NCBI GenBank assembly: GCA_028687915.1
Contig: JAQTZF010000001.1
Span: 418,634-482,633 of the forward strand
Length of the DNA: 64,000 nucleotides
Direction of reading: 5' to 3'
From: Candidatus Daviesbacteria bacterium
GTDB lineage: Bacteria > Patescibacteriota > Microgenomatia > Daviesbacterales > UBA10151
Part shown: piece after piece, positions 10,030-18,098 of the stretch
Numbering within the stretch: the first letter of the stretch is position 1
How the letters are laid out: every line of letters begins with the position of its first letter
Program-made: the position numbers and the translations under genes
The notes under the pieces: model-generated
Databases searched by the model: none
What the model was told of the DNA's origin: nothing
What the model saw: the letters and a program-made list of their open reading frames with translations, nothing else

Positions 10030-10447
10030 TAATAATTTGGCGTGAAGTATCGTTTAAATATTCAAATTGTATTTTGGTAATTTTCGTTTTAGGTAAATTT
10101 GTTAACTTTTCTGCCCACTCAATAAGAAAAATATTTTTAGGATTTAGAAAAAGCTCGTTTAATCCTATTGAGTCTATTTCTTGTTTATCCTCTAATCTAT
10201 AGAGATCAATGTGAAATAATTTAGCCTGTTTTTCGTAAGGCAGATCATATTGCCTCATTAATATATATGTAGGGGAGAGGATTTTGGATTTTATTCCTAA
10301 TTCTTTTGCAAAACCAGCAACAAAGGTTGTTTTTCCTGCTCCCAATGGGCCATCTAATGTAATAATCCCTCCGTTTTTGAACTCCTGGGACAGCTTAGCT
10401 GCTAATTGTTGAGTTTCTTCTGCAGAATTTGTGATGAACTTACGCAT
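10019..10447 (-). CDS. tsaE: tRNA threonylcarbamoyladenosine biosynthesis ATPase TsaE (YjeE)
   Basis: The motif ITLDGPLGAGKTTFVAGFAKELGI....SPTY is the TsaE P-loop signature. I moved the start to the MRKFITN Met (10447), which abuts rather than overlaps the upstream gene that ends at 10455. The ORF track's alternative is 10507. Confidence 0.78.
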   Translation of the reverse strand: MRKFITNSAEETQQLAAKLSQEFKNGGIITLDGPLGAGKTTFVAGFAKELGIKSKILSPTYILMRQYDLPYEKQAKLFHIDLYRLEDKQEIDSIGLNELFLNPKNIFLIEWAEKLTNLPKTKITKIQFEYLNDTSRQIIITD

Positions 10448-10454
10448 TTTCAGA

Positions 10455-11267
10455 TTATAACTTTTTGAATCTATCTTTGGCAATAAAAGTAAGAGCAAAA
10501 ATACCAAGAAGTACTAAAATTATACCTCCGGCAATAAAAACTAAACTTTTGAATGAAAATCCGTCGTCTTTTGTTTTAACAGGAGTGGGGGAAATATCAG
10601 CAGAACCAGTGCTGGATCCCAAAATAGATTCTGGCAAACTTACTTGATTGTCCTGAATTGAAGGAGTTATTGTCGATTTTTGCGAGGAAGTACTTGTTGG
10701 GGTTGTTACTTTTTTGGTAGGTGTGGGGGTTTTAGAAGAAGTAGGAGTAGGGGTTTTGGTGGGAGTGGGTGTATTTGTAGAAGTAGGTACTGTAGTGGGG
10801 GTTGGAGTAGACATTGTGGTAATAGATAATGTGATGTCATTATCAGATGATGTTGGTGTTGTACCTGTTGCAGTGAAGCGATTAATCTTTAAATTATAAT
10901 TACCAGAACCCTGAAATTGACTACTATTAGTATCAAGTTTTACCTTTAATATTCCGCTCCAGCTTCCTTCAGGACTGGTAGTAATAGATTTAAGGTTTTT
11001 ATCACTATTAGAAGATGAATAATTGATCCAACTTGTATCATTCCAGGTTAAGCCAAAATAATTGGTTGCACCTTCTCTTTTAAAAGCACCTTCAAGATAA
11101 TAGACCTTATTTCCTTGATTTTGAATAGACAGGTTAACTAACGCTTCTATTTCTTGGTTCTCATTAATATTGGTTTGGGGAACAGAAAAAGAAAAACCTG
11201 CTTGAGCTAAAGGGGTTAATAAAAACAAACTAACAATAATTCCCAGAATTATAGTACAAGTCTTCAC
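10455..11267 (-). CDS. Secreted or cell-surface protein with a Thr/Pro-rich linker and C-terminal membrane anchor, hypothetical
   Basis: 270 aa. It has an N-terminal signal peptide MKTCTIILGIIVSLFLLTPLAQA, a ~150-aa beta-rich domain, a (TPTPT)n linker, and a C-terminal TM helix followed by KDRFKKL. Confidence 0.6.
   Translation of the reverse strand: MKTCTIILGIIVSLFLLTPLAQAGFSFSVPQTNINENQEIEALVNLSIQNQGNKVYYLEGAFKREGATNYFGLTWNDTSWINYSSSNSDKNLKSITTSPEGSWSGILKVKLDTNSSQFQGSGNYNLKINRFTATGTTPTSSDNDITLSITTMSTPTPTTVPTSTNTPTPTKTPTPTSSKTPTPTKKVTTPTSTSSQKSTITPSIQDNQVSLPESILGSSTGSADISPTPVKTKDDGFSFKSLVFIAGGIILVLLGIFALTFIAKDRFKKL
10690..10830. repeat. Imperfect short tandem repeats encoding the TPTPTxxTPTPTK linker
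   Basis: Reiterated GGTGTGGGNGTT / GTAGGAGTAGG units on the + strand (antisense of the TP-rich codons). They generate the spurious antisense GV-rich ORF at 10714-10899. Confidence 0.4.
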
Positions 11268-11293
11268 TGACTTTTATCGTAACATAACTTTTC

Positions 11294-12496
11294 TTAGAGT
11301 ACATGAAGATAATAACTTTTTGTTCCGTCACTATGGTCGACTCTCTTATAATACAAAGTACCACTGCCACATCTGATTCCTCCTTTGGAGAGGGTACCAT
11401 CTTTTACTGCTTTAACAGCTAAACCTGAACTGGAATACATATCAATTCCAGTGTGGGGTCCTCCACTATAGGCACCTGCCCTGGCATAAGGTGTCATACC
11501 ATAACCCTGGGTAATCATGATTTGTGAGTTAAGCGGCCAGTCCCAGGACCCGTGAGGAGAGATTGGTCCGGCATCTTGTCCACCATCGCCTGCTGCGTAT
11601 TTATAATCAGTATTTGATAAATAATTATTAGGATCCTGAAGGCTATCTCCGTTATGGACTTCAAAATGAAGATGAGTTCCAGAGGAACACGCACTTCTTC
11701 CATTAATAATATAGCCTACTGTAGCGCCTTTACTAATCGGCCCCATAGGAATTTCATTACCTTGTCCATGAAGAATTGCCAGGATTGCGCTTTGTTCTTG
11801 TTGGGCTTCTATTATTTTTTGTTGATAAACTGATTCATCATTTTTGGTAATGCGAAGTAAGTCTTCTTTAGACTTCTTTTGATCATCAAGTTGTGCTTGG
11901 TAGACTTTTAAATCTTTTCTTAATTTTTCCTGAGCAATTTGTCTTGATTGTTTATCAACTTTTTGGTCATTATAAGTTGTCTTGGTGGCTTGTAGCTGAT
12001 AAAGAACTTTTTTATCATTGGCCTGGGCAACAGATATATATTTAACTTTCTCCAGTAAATCAGTAAATCCATTAGTAGAAAAAAGGAGATCAATAGCAGA
12101 ATAATTTCCATATTTGTAAGTCTGAACAATTCTGTTTAATAGCACTTGGCTTAAATCATCAACTGTGGATGATAATCTGGTTATCCGGTTCGCGAGGTCA
12201 TTTATTTCATGGTCAAGTTTAGCTATTTGATTTTCAGCCTCAGTCATTTTTAATTCAGTGACTTTTGCCTGGGTATCAATAAAGGTAAGCTGTGACTTTA
12301 AAGTTTTTTCCTGTCCTTTTGCGTCATTTAATTGTTTCTGATATTTGGCAATTAAATCATTTAGACATTGTGATTTTTGATTTGCATCACCAATACTTGA
12401 GCAATTCTCATCCTCCGCCAAAAGGGGTTTAGCGGGGAGAAGAGCGGATAATAAAAAAATAATTAAGAAGGTCAAGAAAAAAACTGCTTTTTTCAT
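11294..12496 (-). CDS. M23 family metallopeptidase with N-terminal coiled coil (EnvC/PcsB-like FtsEX-associated murein hydrolase or activator)
   Basis: 400 aa. A signal/TM segment is followed by a long Q/K/E/L-rich coiled coil, then a C-terminal LytM domain with HTGIDM (HxxxD) and GTHLHFEVH (HxH) motifs. It sits immediately downstream of ftsEX. Confidence 0.8.
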   Translation of the reverse strand: MKKAVFFLTFLIIFLLSALLPAKPLLAEDENCSSIGDANQKSQCLNDLIAKYQKQLNDAKGQEKTLKSQLTFIDTQAKVTELKMTEAENQIAKLDHEINDLANRITRLSSTVDDLSQVLLNRIVQTYKYGNYSAIDLLFSTNGFTDLLEKVKYISVAQANDKKVLYQLQATKTTYNDQKVDKQSRQIAQEKLRKDLKVYQAQLDDQKKSKEDLLRITKNDESVYQQKIIEAQQEQSAILAILHGQGNEIPMGPISKGATVGYIINGRSACSSGTHLHFEVHNGDSLQDPNNYLSNTDYKYAAGDGGQDAGPISPHGSWDWPLNSQIMITQGYGMTPYARAGAYSGGPHTGIDMYSSSGLAVKAVKDGTLSKGGIRCGSGTLYYKRVDHSDGTKSYYLHVL

Positions 12497-12504
12497 AAGA
12501 AAAA

Positions 12505-13383
12505 TTAGATGTGCAAATAACGTCTTACAGCAATGAATGAGCCGATTGCTCCAATTAAGGCTGCAACAACTAAATTAGATAACAAAAATAACATCATAGT
12601 AATAATAGAGATAGGGAAGATAATTGTGGATACCTCACCTAAGTTATTAAGTAGTAATGGTTCAAAATACCATAAAGTTAAAAAGCTAAATAACCAACCC
12701 AGGAAAGCTCCTGTAGAAGAATAAAAGATACCTTCAAAAATAAAAGGCATTCTGATAAACCAATTTGATGCACCAAGTAGCTTCATTGTTTCAATTTCAT
12801 CACGTTTAATTCTGATTTTAAAACCGATGATCATAATTGTAATTAAAATGGAAAAACCAATTAGGAATAAGACTACGCTACCTCCAACAACCCTAATTAA
12901 TCTGGTAGCTGTACTAAGGGAAGCTACAACATCTTCCGGAAAAACTACTTCCTCAACAACAGGCTCTTTTTTAACAATTTCAGCAATTGGTTTTAAGTCT
13001 TCTGGGGTGTAAGTAGAAATTTCCAGGGAGGAAGGTAATATATTAGCAGTTACCAACTCAAGCAACATGGGATTAGATTTATTTCGATCGCGATAAATTT
13101 GTAGGGCATCATCTTTTGATACGTATTTAAATTTGGATGTTTTCCCTGTTTTTTCTAAGGCGTTTTGAATTGCTTTTACATCATTTATACTGGTTCCATC
13201 CTTAAAGAAGGCAATAGCTTGTGGTTTGCTTTCATAATAATTAAGAATTTGTTGTGAACCAGTAGCGAGAAGTAGAAAAGTAGACAAACTTAAAAATGTT
13301 AAGAACATAATCATCAAAGCAGCTATAGCCTGGTAAGGTGTTCTACGGATATTTCGTTTTGCTAAATTAAAAAAATTCATCAT
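12505..13383 (-). CDS. ftsX: Cell division permease FtsX
   Basis: 292 aa. The topology is one N-terminal TM, a large extracytoplasmic loop, then three C-terminal TMs. The conserved FtsX C-terminal region is present (KLLGASNWFIRMPFIFEGIFYSSTGA). It is adjacent to ftsE. Confidence 0.8.
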   Translation of the reverse strand: MMNFFNLAKRNIRRTPYQAIAALMIMFLTFLSLSTFLLLATGSQQILNYYESKPQAIAFFKDGTSINDVKAIQNALEKTGKTSKFKYVSKDDALQIYRDRNKSNPMLLELVTANILPSSLEISTYTPEDLKPIAEIVKKEPVVEEVVFPEDVVASLSTATRLIRVVGGSVVLFLIGFSILITIMIIGFKIRIKRDEIETMKLLGASNWFIRMPFIFEGIFYSSTGAFLGWLFSFLTLWYFEPLLLNNLGEVSTIIFPISIITMMLFLLSNLVVAALIGAIGSFIAVRRYLHI

Positions 13384-13384
13384 T

Positions 13385-14068
13385 TTAATGAGTAGTATAC
13401 CCTCCTTCTTTGATGTCTTTAATTATTTTTCCTTTTTTTAAAGTAATGACCCTTCTTTTTTGTAAGTCAACAATTTCTTTATTATGAGTAGCCATTAAAA
13501 CAGTAGTTCCCCAGGAGTTGATTTCAACGAGTAATTGTAAAACAGACCACGCAGTTTCTGGATCAAGGTCTCCTGTTGGTTCATCAGCTAATAAAATCTC
13601 TGGTTTTCCAATAATAGCTCTGGCGATTGCTGTTCTTTGGGCTTCTCCTCCTGAAAGTTGCTTAGGAAAAAGATATCGTCTGTCCCAGATATCAAATAAT
13701 TTGAGTGTTCTTTCTACTTCTTTGGCAACCTCTGTGTCGTTTGTACCTCTGACATGTAACGGCAGGGCAACATTTTCCAGTACTGTACGATCATCTAGTA
13801 ATTTAAAGTTTTGAAAAACAAAACCAATCTTTCGTCGGTAAAAGGGAAGTTCATTTGAATTTAGTTTTGTTATATCTTTATCATCAACCAATATTTTACC
13901 TGTAGTTGGTAAATATTCTCTGGCTAATAAGCGAAGAAGTGTGGATTTACCGGCACCCGATGGTCCGACCAGAAACACAAATTCACCATTCTCAACTTCA
14001 AGATTAATATCCTCTAAAGCAGTGATATTAGTGGTAAATTTTTTTGTAACGTTTTGAAATTGAACCAT
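13385..14068 (-). CDS. ftsE: Cell division ATP-binding protein FtsE (ABC ATPase)
   Basis: Walker A GPSGAGKST, Q-loop, ABC signature LSGGEAQR and Walker B ILLADEPTGDLD are all present. The start is probably the Met of MVQFQNVTKKF (14068), matching E. coli MIRFEHVSKAY. The ORF extends to 14089. Confidence 0.85.
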   Translation of the reverse strand: MVQFQNVTKKFTTNITALEDINLEVENGEFVFLVGPSGAGKSTLLRLLAREYLPTTGKILVDDKDITKLNSNELPFYRRKIGFVFQNFKLLDDRTVLENVALPLHVRGTNDTEVAKEVERTLKLFDIWDRRYLFPKQLSGGEAQRTAIARAIIGKPEILLADEPTGDLDPETAWSVLQLLVEINSWGTTVLMATHNKEIVDLQKRRVITLKKGKIIKDIKEGGYTTH

Positions 14069-14108
14069 AATTTTAAAAATTCCGAACACTAGAAAGAAGC
14101 TAGGTGGT

Positions 14109-14546
14109 TTATTGTAACTCTACCTTACCTACATCCATTAACCAACCTTCTTTCATAGCTTTTTGAGTTTCTCCAAAAACCTTAACCTTCTTGCCTTCAT
14201 ATTGACTAAGATCAACAACAGAAGAGGTTAAAGCAACAGGGGTACCACCAATTCTTACTAACAGATGAGTACCTTCTACATAATCATTTGGATTTTTTGG
14301 GGCTGGTTGTTTTTGAATTACACCTTCAGCAAAATCTCTAAAAGTTCTGGTGTCCTGGCTGGCTGCTTTAGCTGGTGTATTAGTTGAACCTGTAGATAGT
14401 GCTTGGGTGCTAGTCCTATTTGAAGTTGATAAAAAATATCCAGAAATTATTCCTAAGATAATTGATGAGACTAAAACTGCTAAAAATATTTTATTGATAT
14501 TTTCAGTTTTTAAATATTTGACTGGAGTTTCGGCAGCAGATTCCAT
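14109..14546 (-). CDS. Hypothetical single-pass membrane protein with a small C-terminal extracytoplasmic domain
   Basis: 145 aa with one TM (IFLAVLVSSIILGIISGYFL). It lies in the prfB-ftsEX operon gap with a 4-nt spacing to prfB. Confidence 0.5.
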   Translation of the reverse strand: MESAAETPVKYLKTENINKIFLAVLVSSIILGIISGYFLSTSNRTSTQALSTGSTNTPAKAASQDTRTFRDFAEGVIQKQPAPKNPNDYVEGTHLLVRIGGTPVALTSSVVDLSQYEGKKVKVFGETQKAMKEGWLMDVGKVELQ

Positions 14547-14550
14547 TAGT

Positions 14551-15648
14551 CTATTTTACCTGTCCTGGTCTTGTTTTGTCCAGTACCCTGACATCCGCTT
14601 CGATAAATGCTTGAAGATCTCCATCCAGAACTGCATCAGTATTGGAAGTTTCCACATCTGTTCGAAGATCTTTAACCATGTGATAAGGGTGTAAAACATA
14701 AGATCTGATTTGTGTACCCCAGGATGCTTGTCTATTTTCACCTTTAAGCTCATCAGTTGCTTGTTTTTCTTGTGATTGTTGTAAATCCCACAGTTTTGCT
14801 TTAAGTAAAGCCATTGCATTTTCCCTATTTTGAAGCTGAGATCTTTCTGTTTGAGCTGTTACCACAATTCCTGTAGGAATATGTTTGACCCGAACAGCTG
14901 TATTAACCTTATTAACATTTTGACCTCCAGCTCCACCAGACCTGAAAGCATCAAATTCTATATCTGCTGGATTAATTACTACTTCTCCCTCATCTTCAAT
15001 AACTGGAAGAACTTCCACTAAAGCAAAAGATGTTTGTCGAAGTTTATCAGCGTTAAAAGGGGATTGTCTTACTAAACGGTGGGTACCTGCTTCACCTTTA
15101 AGATAACCGTATGCAAAAGGTGAGTGGACAATCATAGAAATAGATTTAATTCCTGCTTCTTCGCCCATATCTTCGTTGGTTATTTCAAACTGCCAGCCAG
15201 CCTTTTCAAAAAATCTTTGATACATACGGGATATCATTCCTGCCCAGTCCATAGCCTCTACACCTCCTGCACCGGAATGAATAGATATAATTGCTTCTGA
15301 TTCATCATGAGGATTTGATAAAAATAACTGCATTTCCAGTTCATCCACAGTTTCTTCTAATTCACGGGATTCTTTGGATAAATCATCCTTCATTGATTCT
15401 TCATCTGCTAGCTCTAAAGCATTATTAATTCTTTGTTCTAAGCTTTTTAAACTATTAAGTAATTTTTGTTTTTGAGATAAAGAGCGCGAAACTTTTTGTG
15501 CTTGTTCTGAATCATTCCAAAATCCTGGCAAATTCATTTGATCTTCCAGTTGTTGGATTTCTTCTTGGATTTTATCCCTATCAAATTGCTGAGAAATCTT
15601 ACCAAATTTATTTTTTAGTTCTTGTAAACTATTTTTAATTTCTTCCAT
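14551..15648 (-). CDS. prfB: Peptide chain release factor 2 (RF2), encoded in a single frame with no programmed frameshift
   Basis: 365 aa. The SPF tripeptide (RQSPFNA), which determines RF2 stop-codon specificity, and the GGQ motif ([12 protein letters not shown]) are present. The N-terminal region aligns with E. coli RF2 across the site where E. coli has its +1 frameshift, and the ORF is uninterrupted here. Confidence 0.9.
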   Translation of the reverse strand: MEEIKNSLQELKNKFGKISQQFDRDKIQEEIQQLEDQMNLPGFWNDSEQAQKVSRSLSQKQKLLNSLKSLEQRINNALELADEESMKDDLSKESRELEETVDELEMQLFLSNPHDESEAIISIHSGAGGVEAMDWAGMISRMYQRFFEKAGWQFEITNEDMGEEAGIKSISMIVHSPFAYGYLKGEAGTHRLVRQSPFNADKLRQTSFALVEVLPVIEDEGEVVINPADIEFDAFRSGGAGGQNVNKVNTAVRVKHIPTGIVVTAQTERSQLQNRENAMALLKAKLWDLQQSQEKQATDELKGENRQASWGTQIRSYVLHPYHMVKDLRTDVETSNTDAVLDGDLQAFIEADVRVLDKTRPGQVK

Positions 15649-16048
15649 GGGTGAATTATAACAATAATGGACTAATTAGTAAGATACTTCTACACTTTTC
15701 CGGTGAAAGACTATATATTTTAAATTTTAGAATCTGGGGTAAGGATTGTTTCAGTTGGCCATCCATTTTGATCTCTGTTTTCAAAATCAAAGCTTACTCT
15801 TCCATTTTCTGTTTCCATCGAAACAGTACCATTAATTACACCTGGTGTTCTTAATACTCCATAAAGTGAAGTTAAATAAGTATCTTTGGTTGGATTAAGT
15901 TAGTTTTTAGCAGGAATTACTTCTTGATTGGCATCAGAAGAGGGATCCTTTTTTCTATCCAAGATTCTTTTAAATATTTCCATATTTTCTTACTTATAAG
16001 TTAACATCAGAAATCTAAAAAATCAAGAAAGTATGCTAAAATTTGGGT

Positions 16049-16357
16049 ATGATTCTGCACATTGATACTAAAGACAGAAAAGTTATTACAGTGTCCCTGA
16101 AAAAAGAGGGGGAAATTATAAAAAGTTTGAGTGAAGAAAATGAATATGGTTCACAAGTACTGTTGCCTTTGATTACCAAATTACTGAAAAAAGAGAATAT
16201 AGAATTTAAGGATTTAACTGCAGTAGAAGTGGAGGAGGGGCCTGGTTCTTTTACAGGACTTAAGGTTGGTGCTTCTGTTGCTCAATCTTTAGGTTTTGCT
16301 TTAAATATTCCTGTAAATGGGAAGCTAAATGAACCTGTAACATTGAAATATACCTAG
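16049..16357 (+). CDS. tsaB: TsaB (YeaZ)-like tRNA t6A protein, truncated N-terminal-domain-only version
   Basis: MILHIDTKDRKVITVSL...GPGSFTGLKVGASVAQSLGFALNIPV matches the N-terminal ASKHA domain of TsaB. The ORF stops after ~103 aa, whereas typical TsaB is ~230 aa. The track ORF opens at TTG 16043; ATG 16049 is preferred. Confidence 0.7.
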   Translation: MILHIDTKDRKVITVSLKKEGEIIKSLSEENEYGSQVLLPLITKLLKKENIEFKDLTAVEVEEGPGSFTGLKVGASVAQSLGFALNIPVNGKLNEPVTLKYT

Positions 16358-16376
16358 GTGTAGGTATAAACTATAG

Positions 16377-17294
16377 ATGATGTTTAATAAAATTTCACAT
16401 TATTTCATTCCACATCCTCAAACACATCAAAAAGCAAAACTTTTATCCTGGCAGTTTTTAGTTATTTATATATTATTTTTTATTTTAATTAGAGTTGGTT
16501 TAGATATAGTTGCTATTTATAAGCCAGGAACTTTAGGTGTTAGTGCAGAGTTAAGTGTTGAAAAAATAATTGAAGACACCAACAGAGAAAGACAAAAAAA
16601 TGGGCTTGCACCTGTTACTTATAACAGTGCATTATCAGAAGCAGCTAAAATGAAGGCTCAAAATATGTTTGCTGAAAATTATTGGGCTCATTTTGCACCA
16701 AGTGGTAAAGATCCCTGGGGCTTTATGAGAGATGCTGGTTATAGATTTTCTTATGCAGGAGAAAATTTGGCAAGAAACTTTTCTAATTCAGAAGATGTAG
16801 TAAGCGCCTGGATGGCTTCTCCAACTCATCGTGAGAATCTTTTAAATTCAAAATATCAGGATATTGGTATAGCTATTGAAGATGGAATATTACAAGGTCA
16901 AAAAACTACCCTGGTAGTACAAATGTTTGGACATCCATACCAAGCAATAGCAGCCCAGCCTCAGGCACTCCCTCAACCTAAATCAGAAGTTCAGGTTATT
17001 GCAGATGTACAAATAGAGCCAACTATTGTTCCGCAAGTTCCAAGCAGTAAAGAGATTGCGGTTGCCGGAACTCAAAAAGAACCAGTTTCAAATGCTGTTT
17101 TTGATCCTGCTACAATAATGAGAGTTGCTGGATTCAGTTTGCTTGTGTTTATTTCCATATTACTCTTAATAGATTTCCTGGTACTGCGAAGAAGAGGAGT
17201 GTTTCGCTTATCTTCTGCACATGTTGCTCATCTTAGCTTTTTGGCTTTGACTGGAGCATCAACAATATTTGCTAAGGTAGGAGAAATATTATGA
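16377..17294 (+). CDS. CAP/SCP (PR-1-like, YkwD-type) domain protein with N- and C-terminal TM segments
   Basis: The CAP core motifs are present: ...AENYWAHFAPSGKDPW...YAGENLARNF...WMASPTHRENLLNSKYQDIGIAI. Confidence 0.7.
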   Translation: MMFNKISHYFIPHPQTHQKAKLLSWQFLVIYILFFILIRVGLDIVAIYKPGTLGVSAELSVEKIIEDTNRERQKNGLAPVTYNSALSEAAKMKAQNMFAENYWAHFAPSGKDPWGFMRDAGYRFSYAGENLARNFSNSEDVVSAWMASPTHRENLLNSKYQDIGIAIEDGILQGQKTTLVVQMFGHPYQAIAAQPQALPQPKSEVQVIADVQIEPTIVPQVPSSKEIAVAGTQKEPVSNAVFDPATIMRVAGFSLLVFISILLLIDFLVLRRRGVFRLSSAHVAHLSFLALTGASTIFAKVGEIL

Positions 17295-17551
17295 ACATAT
17301 TAAAATTTATTAAAAAAATAGATCTCAGTTGGTTATTTCTTATTACTACACCAATATTTGTGATTGCCTTATTTTGGTTTAGGTTTACACCAAGTGTGGA
17401 GTTTATTATTTTCTTTATAGCTACATGTTTTTATTTGACTTTAGCTTTAATTCATCATTTTTATCAAAAAACTTTAATATTAGAGATTGTGATAGAATAC
17501 ATTTTAATCAGTGTTTTAGCTTTGATTATTATACAAAGCTTGATTTTATAG
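17291..17551 (+). CDS. Small hydrophobic protein (86 aa, ~3 TM), hypothetical
   Basis: The ATGA overlap with the upstream stop suggests translational coupling. It has no recognisable motif. Confidence 0.35.
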   Translation: MNILKFIKKIDLSWLFLITTPIFVIALFWFRFTPSVEFIIFFIATCFYLTLALIHHFYQKTLILEIVIEYILISVLALIIIQSLIL

Positions 17552-17561
17552 GGCTTAATTT

Positions 17562-18098
17562 ATGGATGATATTTTTCAAAAAACAGGTATCGCAGGAGTT
17601 TATTTAATCAATCGTCCGGTATACCCTGATGACCGTGGATTTTTTCATGAAACATTTAGAAAAAATGAATTAGAAGAAATAATTGGTGAGAAGTTTGATA
17701 TTGTGCAGCAAAATCATTCACGTTCAGTAAAAAATACTTTAAGGGGAATTCATGTGGCACCATGGTCAAAGTTGATCTATGTTCCCCGGGGAAAGGTACA
17801 ACAAGTGGTTGTAGATTTAAGAAAGGATTCACCAGATTTTGGTAAGTGGATTTCAGTAACTTTAGGAGAAGAAAATAAATCTGCATTATTTGTTCCGCCT
17901 GGATGTGGGAATGCATTTTTAGTTTTAAGTGAGGAATGTGATTATACTTATTTAGTTACTGATTATTGGGCACCAGGTAAAGAATTAAGTGTAATATGGA
18001 ATGATAGTGATTTAAAAATTGATTGGCAGGTTCAAGACCCGGTACTCTCAGAAAAAGATCAACAAAATCCAACCCTCAAAGATTTTAAAAATTCATGA
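17562..18098 (+). CDS. rmlC: dTDP-4-dehydrorhamnose 3,5-epimerase-like cupin (RmlC family)
   Basis: 178 aa. The conserved motifs ...DDRGFFHETF...QQNHSRS..TLRGIHV...QQVVVDLRKDSPDFGKW (catalytic His/Lys/Tyr context) are present and the size is typical of RmlC. Confidence 0.8.
   Translation: MDDIFQKTGIAGVYLINRPVYPDDRGFFHETFRKNELEEIIGEKFDIVQQNHSRSVKNTLRGIHVAPWSKLIYVPRGKVQQVVVDLRKDSPDFGKWISVTLGEENKSALFVPPGCGNAFLVLSEECDYTYLVTDYWAPGKELSVIWNDSDLKIDWQVQDPVLSEKDQQNPTLKDFKNS

Noticed and set aside
10465-10899. Two + strand ORFs (10465-10647, 10714-10899; GV-rich) antisense to tsaE and the TP-linker protein
   Set aside because: They are antisense artefacts of the TP-rich repeat region and the tsaE 5' end.
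13518-13814. 98-aa + strand ORF inside ftsE
   Set aside because: It is antisense to the ABC ATPase core of ftsE.
14556-14819. 87-aa minus-strand ORF overlapping the 3' part of prfB in another frame
   Set aside because: It is embedded in the conserved RF2 C-terminal coding region. I also considered it as a potential frameshift product, but RF2 is complete in one frame and needs no shift.
15651-15854. 67-aa + strand ORF in the prfB upstream gap
   Set aside because: It starts 3 nt after the prfB start on the opposite strand. It has hydrophobic junk-like composition and overlaps the more protein-like minus-strand interrupted frame, so it is likely spurious.
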